Source: Leucoraja erinacea (Eukaryota). Taken from it: DNA of 64,000 bases. The stretch lies in NCBI RefSeq assembly GCF_028641065.1, contig NC_073397.1, positions 31,248,001 through 31,312,000 on the forward strand, read 5' to 3'. The notes beneath the pieces were generated by a model that made no database searches, was not told the origin of the DNA, and saw nothing but the letters and a program-made list of their open reading frames with translations. Numbering within the stretch: position 1 is the first letter of the stretch; every line of letters begins with the position of its first letter. The position numbers and the translations under genes are program-made. Below, piece after piece: positions 60,303 through 64,000 of the stretch.

Positions 60303-60634
60303 CAACAGCTGCAGGGTTTTGTGACCTGCAAATTATTTTTCTTTGCTAATTTAAAAATCCACATTAACTGGTATCATTTAACGTATTGTCAATTATGTAA
60401 GTGAGCTCAAGATATATTTTGCTGAATTATTGTATAAATAAATATTTTTTAAGGGAAGGGGAAAGCTGCGATAAAGTTGTTTTTATGTTGTGTAGAGTCT
60501 CAAACGAGGTAAAATATTTTTCAATCCTTTAGAGTAAAGGTGAAGGTTTAACGTTGGTCAAAGAATATCAAGAATTATGTAATATCAACATCACTTAGTA
60601 GTATGTTTCACTATTCTCCACTGCTTTATTACAG

Positions 60635-60773
60635 AGACAAAGCAGTAACTTCTCATCTTGAAGAGAAGTTGTCTAATGCAAGGAAGCAGTTATCCTATCT
60701 AAAGACTCAGGAATCCGGGGCAACGCGGGAACAAAAGAAAGGAAACACGCACAAGATGATGACCAAATTCTGA
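60635..60773 (+). CDS. ZGPAT: ZGPAT coding exon 6 (stop)
   Basis: DKAVTSHLEEKLSNARKQLSYLKTQESGATREQKKGNTHKMMTKF*. Confidence 0.93.
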
Positions 60774-63700
60774 TTTGAAGTCCTCCAGTGTTCTTTGTTC
60801 TGTTTTGAAGTGTAAACATTTGTGCGGCATTTTCTGCGGCAAATATATGTATACAATGACATTAGTCTAACCTGTGCTTTTAGGTGTAACTTTTTGAAGA
60901 GTTTGCAGAGAACTAATAAGGAAAATCTCTTCTGTTCTTAGAAGAGACTCAGTGTAAGCACCCAGACATCACAAATGCTCCACTAACTTTTTTAAAACCC
61001 AGAAAAGTTACGTTGTTTTGGTCTTGTAAATCGTAAAGTGGAAGTTATATTAAAATGTTTTCTCCCCTGTGATTTTTCGTAACTTAAGAACACGGAGTTA
61101 AACTCAAACTTCTGGTCAAGCTCAAAGAAAAACGTTTTTTTTAAAATAAGAGATTTCCTGTTTCCGTGTGTTGACAGACTGGAAATTGATTTGGTTTCAA
61201 ATATCAACTCAATTTAACAATTGTGATTCCTGGATTCAACACCGTGCCATTTGAGGAACCAGATACCAGCCATACTCCCACTCAAGTGTTGCAGGAGATC
61301 CTGGAACTCTGTGTATCAAATGGAACTTGTTTACTTCTGGGCCGTTAGATGACTTACTCAGGGAAAACCTGAGGCTCCATCTGCAGGTAATACAGCAGAG
61401 GGTCTCAGCATCGTACGATTGAAGATATTGCAACGGTGAACCAAGATTGTGGAGAAAATAGATGATTTTGAAATGGTGTTTGTGATGAACAGCAGCGGCA
61501 GTGAGCACGTACTGGCCAGTGAATGGCAAGACCAAGTGTCGGGCATTAAAGGTGTTGACACTGGCTAGGGCAGACATGTTTATAGAAGGAGGAGGTTGAC
61601 AAAAAAAATGTTTAATGTGGCAATAGTTTGAATAAACAGGAGACTGATAGAGCTGAAATGCACAGGAATTAAATTTGTTTTCTGCTGACACATGGTTTTG
61701 CGCTTGAGTTTTAACCCAACATCAAGGAATAAATTAAAAGGAAAATATTAAAGATTCTTTCCAGTGCCCACTTTATATGAAGTCTTTTCAGTCTTCAACA
61801 TAGGACCTTTGGCTAATGGTCCTATGTTTCAAATCTGGTGTCATTTTCAGACATTGAATTCTGATCGCTGCACACAACGTCAAGCAAGGCTCTCGACCCG
61901 AAATGTTACCCATTACTTTTCTAATAAGATGCCATCTGACCTGCTGAGTTACTCCAGCTTTGCGTAGGAAGGAACTGCAGATGCTGGTTTAAATTGAAGA
62001 TGGACACAAAATGCTGGAGTAACTCAGCGGGACAGGCAGAATCTCTGGAGAGAAGGAATGGGTGACATTTTGGGTCGAGACCCTTCATCAGACTAGAAAC
62101 GTTATCCATTCCTTCTCTCCAGAGATGCTGCCTGCCCCTGCTGAATTACTCCAGCTTGATGTGTCTTGTCAAGGAGATATGGTCTGGTCAATTGAGCAGA
62201 AAAGGAGCAACTGGAATTAATTCCAAGATAGTGAGAGATAAAGCATTTGGGAGGAATAACAAGAAAGGGAGTGCCCAATAAATGAGAGAATATCGTGTGG
62301 TGATGGGGGGACAAAGGGGCCTTGGAGTGTGTGTCCGCAGGCCGTAATGGTCGCAGGATAGATCAGAAAGATGGTCAGGAAGGCAAAATAATTTTATTAG
62401 CTCAGCATGGAATAATAAAAGATAAGAGTTTGTGCTAGAATTGCATACAGCTTGTTAGATGATAGCTTGAGTATTGGGCAAGTTCTGCACCCCAGCAGAA
62501 CTGAATGCAGTATTCCCCCAGCTCCTATTTTGTGAGCAGGACCCGAGTTCAACAGGGAAATGTCAACCCCACATTTCTCTCATCAAGCCCATAAAAATAT
62601 TGTATGTTTAACTGCAAATGTTTCCCTTGGTTGAACTAGGGCCATTCTTATAAAATAAGATCTGGGCCATTCAGGGTATATGTGGGAAGAGGTTTCTTCA
62701 TTCAACTGGGCCTAAACAGTTGTGGAGTACTTCAATCATCAATTCAAGAAAGAAATCAAAAGATTTTCAGATATAATGGCAATCAAGAAATATACGGTTG
62801 GTTAGTGCAGCAAAGAGGTACCACCTCTAATTCTTTTAAATTCTGGAGAAAATAGGCTCAGTATAGCAGAGAGGTCAAAAACCAGGAAGCATATATTTAA
62901 ATTAATTGGTAGAAGGAATAAAGTGAAGACGAGGAATTTTCTGAAGAAAGTTATGAGCAACATTAGGTTATTTGGCCCATTGTGTCTACTCCGCCATTCA
63001 ATCATGGCTGGTCTACCTTCGCTCGCAACCCCATTCTCCTACCTTCTCATAACCCAACACCTGTGCTAACCAACAATCTGTCAATCTCCACTTTAAAAAT
63101 ACCCATTGATGGCCTCCATAGTCTTCTGTGACAATGAATTCCACAGATTCACCACCCTGGTGATCTCTTGTGTTCTGCTTCAATGACATGTCCATGTAAC
63201 AAATTCAGTATCGCTGCATGATTCCATGCCTCTGTATACATGTCCCATGCTCTATGTAACATATCTCAAGAGATGGCAAAGTCCTTGAAGGAGTCCATTT
63301 CCATCCTCAAACAGAATTTGGTGCAGAGCCAACAAACAGGTCATTCTTTACACTCTTTGAGAGTCATGCACATTTCTGTAGATGGCATATTTTTCAGATA
63401 CATTTGTGTTATAGAAGCTTTTAAAGCAAGTTCACCATTTATAGATGGACATTCAGAGGCGTTATTCCTCTGGTTTAATTCCAATAGAGGCCTGCTAGTT
63501 AACACTTGTAAGATGAAGACAGTCATGCATGAACAAAGCTGACCATTGTAACTCTTGAACTGAGAAATGCTGCTATTAATGTAATTGCCTTAATATTGGT
63601 ATGAATGTATTGTTGTCATGTGTATTGAGGTACAGAGAAAAGGTTGTGTTTGCGTGCTATCCAATTAAAGTACATAGAAGTACAACAGATAGTTCAAAGA

Positions 63701-64000
63701 GAACAATACTAGAGTACCGAATATAGTTTACAGCATTATGGTGTTACAGTCCCAGAGATGAAGTCCAATTCCCACAATGACATAGATTGGAAGATCGGGA
63801 CTACACCAAGCTGTTTAGTAGTCTGACAACAGAGGGGAAGAAATCGGAGGCATATGTTTTCAAGCTTTTGTATCTTTTGACCGATGGAAGAGGGGGAACA
63901 ATTTTGCCCATCAGAAGTGTGGATACTTTGATCAATCCAAATGCATCACCAGCTCTAAAATTAAGCACTTAAATGGAATCTGAGAACCTTAATGGGACCA

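Larger units (their letters stand above)
49194..60773 (+). other. ZGPAT: Gene span (CDS): zinc finger CCCH-type with G-patch domain protein, ~506 aa after correcting one frameshift
   Basis: Six coding exons with CCCH finger, Tudor-like domain, G-patch and coiled-coil C-terminus. Confidence 0.95.

Overview
Eukaryotic, repeat-rich vertebrate DNA. The repeat landscape (V-SINE/HE1-type SINEs, CR1, Rex1/Babar, Penelope-derived fold-backs, small Helitrons) suggests a cartilaginous fish, probably a skate or ray. The window holds the conserved TNFRSF6B-ARFRP1-ZGPAT block. ARFRP1 (minus strand, 7 coding exons, 201 aa) is complete. ZGPAT (plus strand, 6 coding exons, about 506 aa) has a 1-nt frameshift in its G-patch exon as assembled. 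The TNFRSF6B/DcR3-like gene is present twice, head-to-head, in an inverted duplication (about 1-5380 versus 11680-21870). Both copies begin with a 12-nt MILK micro-exon, and their coding exons have diverged far more than their introns. The minus-strand copy has an in-frame deletion of CRD2 and most of CRD3 that leaves a plausible cysteine pairing. Other notable items: two ~135-bp retroposons starting exactly at a compact HDV-like ribozyme fold; a 624-bp TRIM with identical LTRs and a 49-nt tRNA-Leu(CAA) complement carrying an m1A58-type mismatch; an ERV relic with gag-TGA-protease and a 2H-phosphoesterase-like segment; a TDP2-like exon-1 fragment; and a Tc1/mariner-type element whose left part looks like a two-haplotype mosaic. 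All calls were made by eye, with no database searches.
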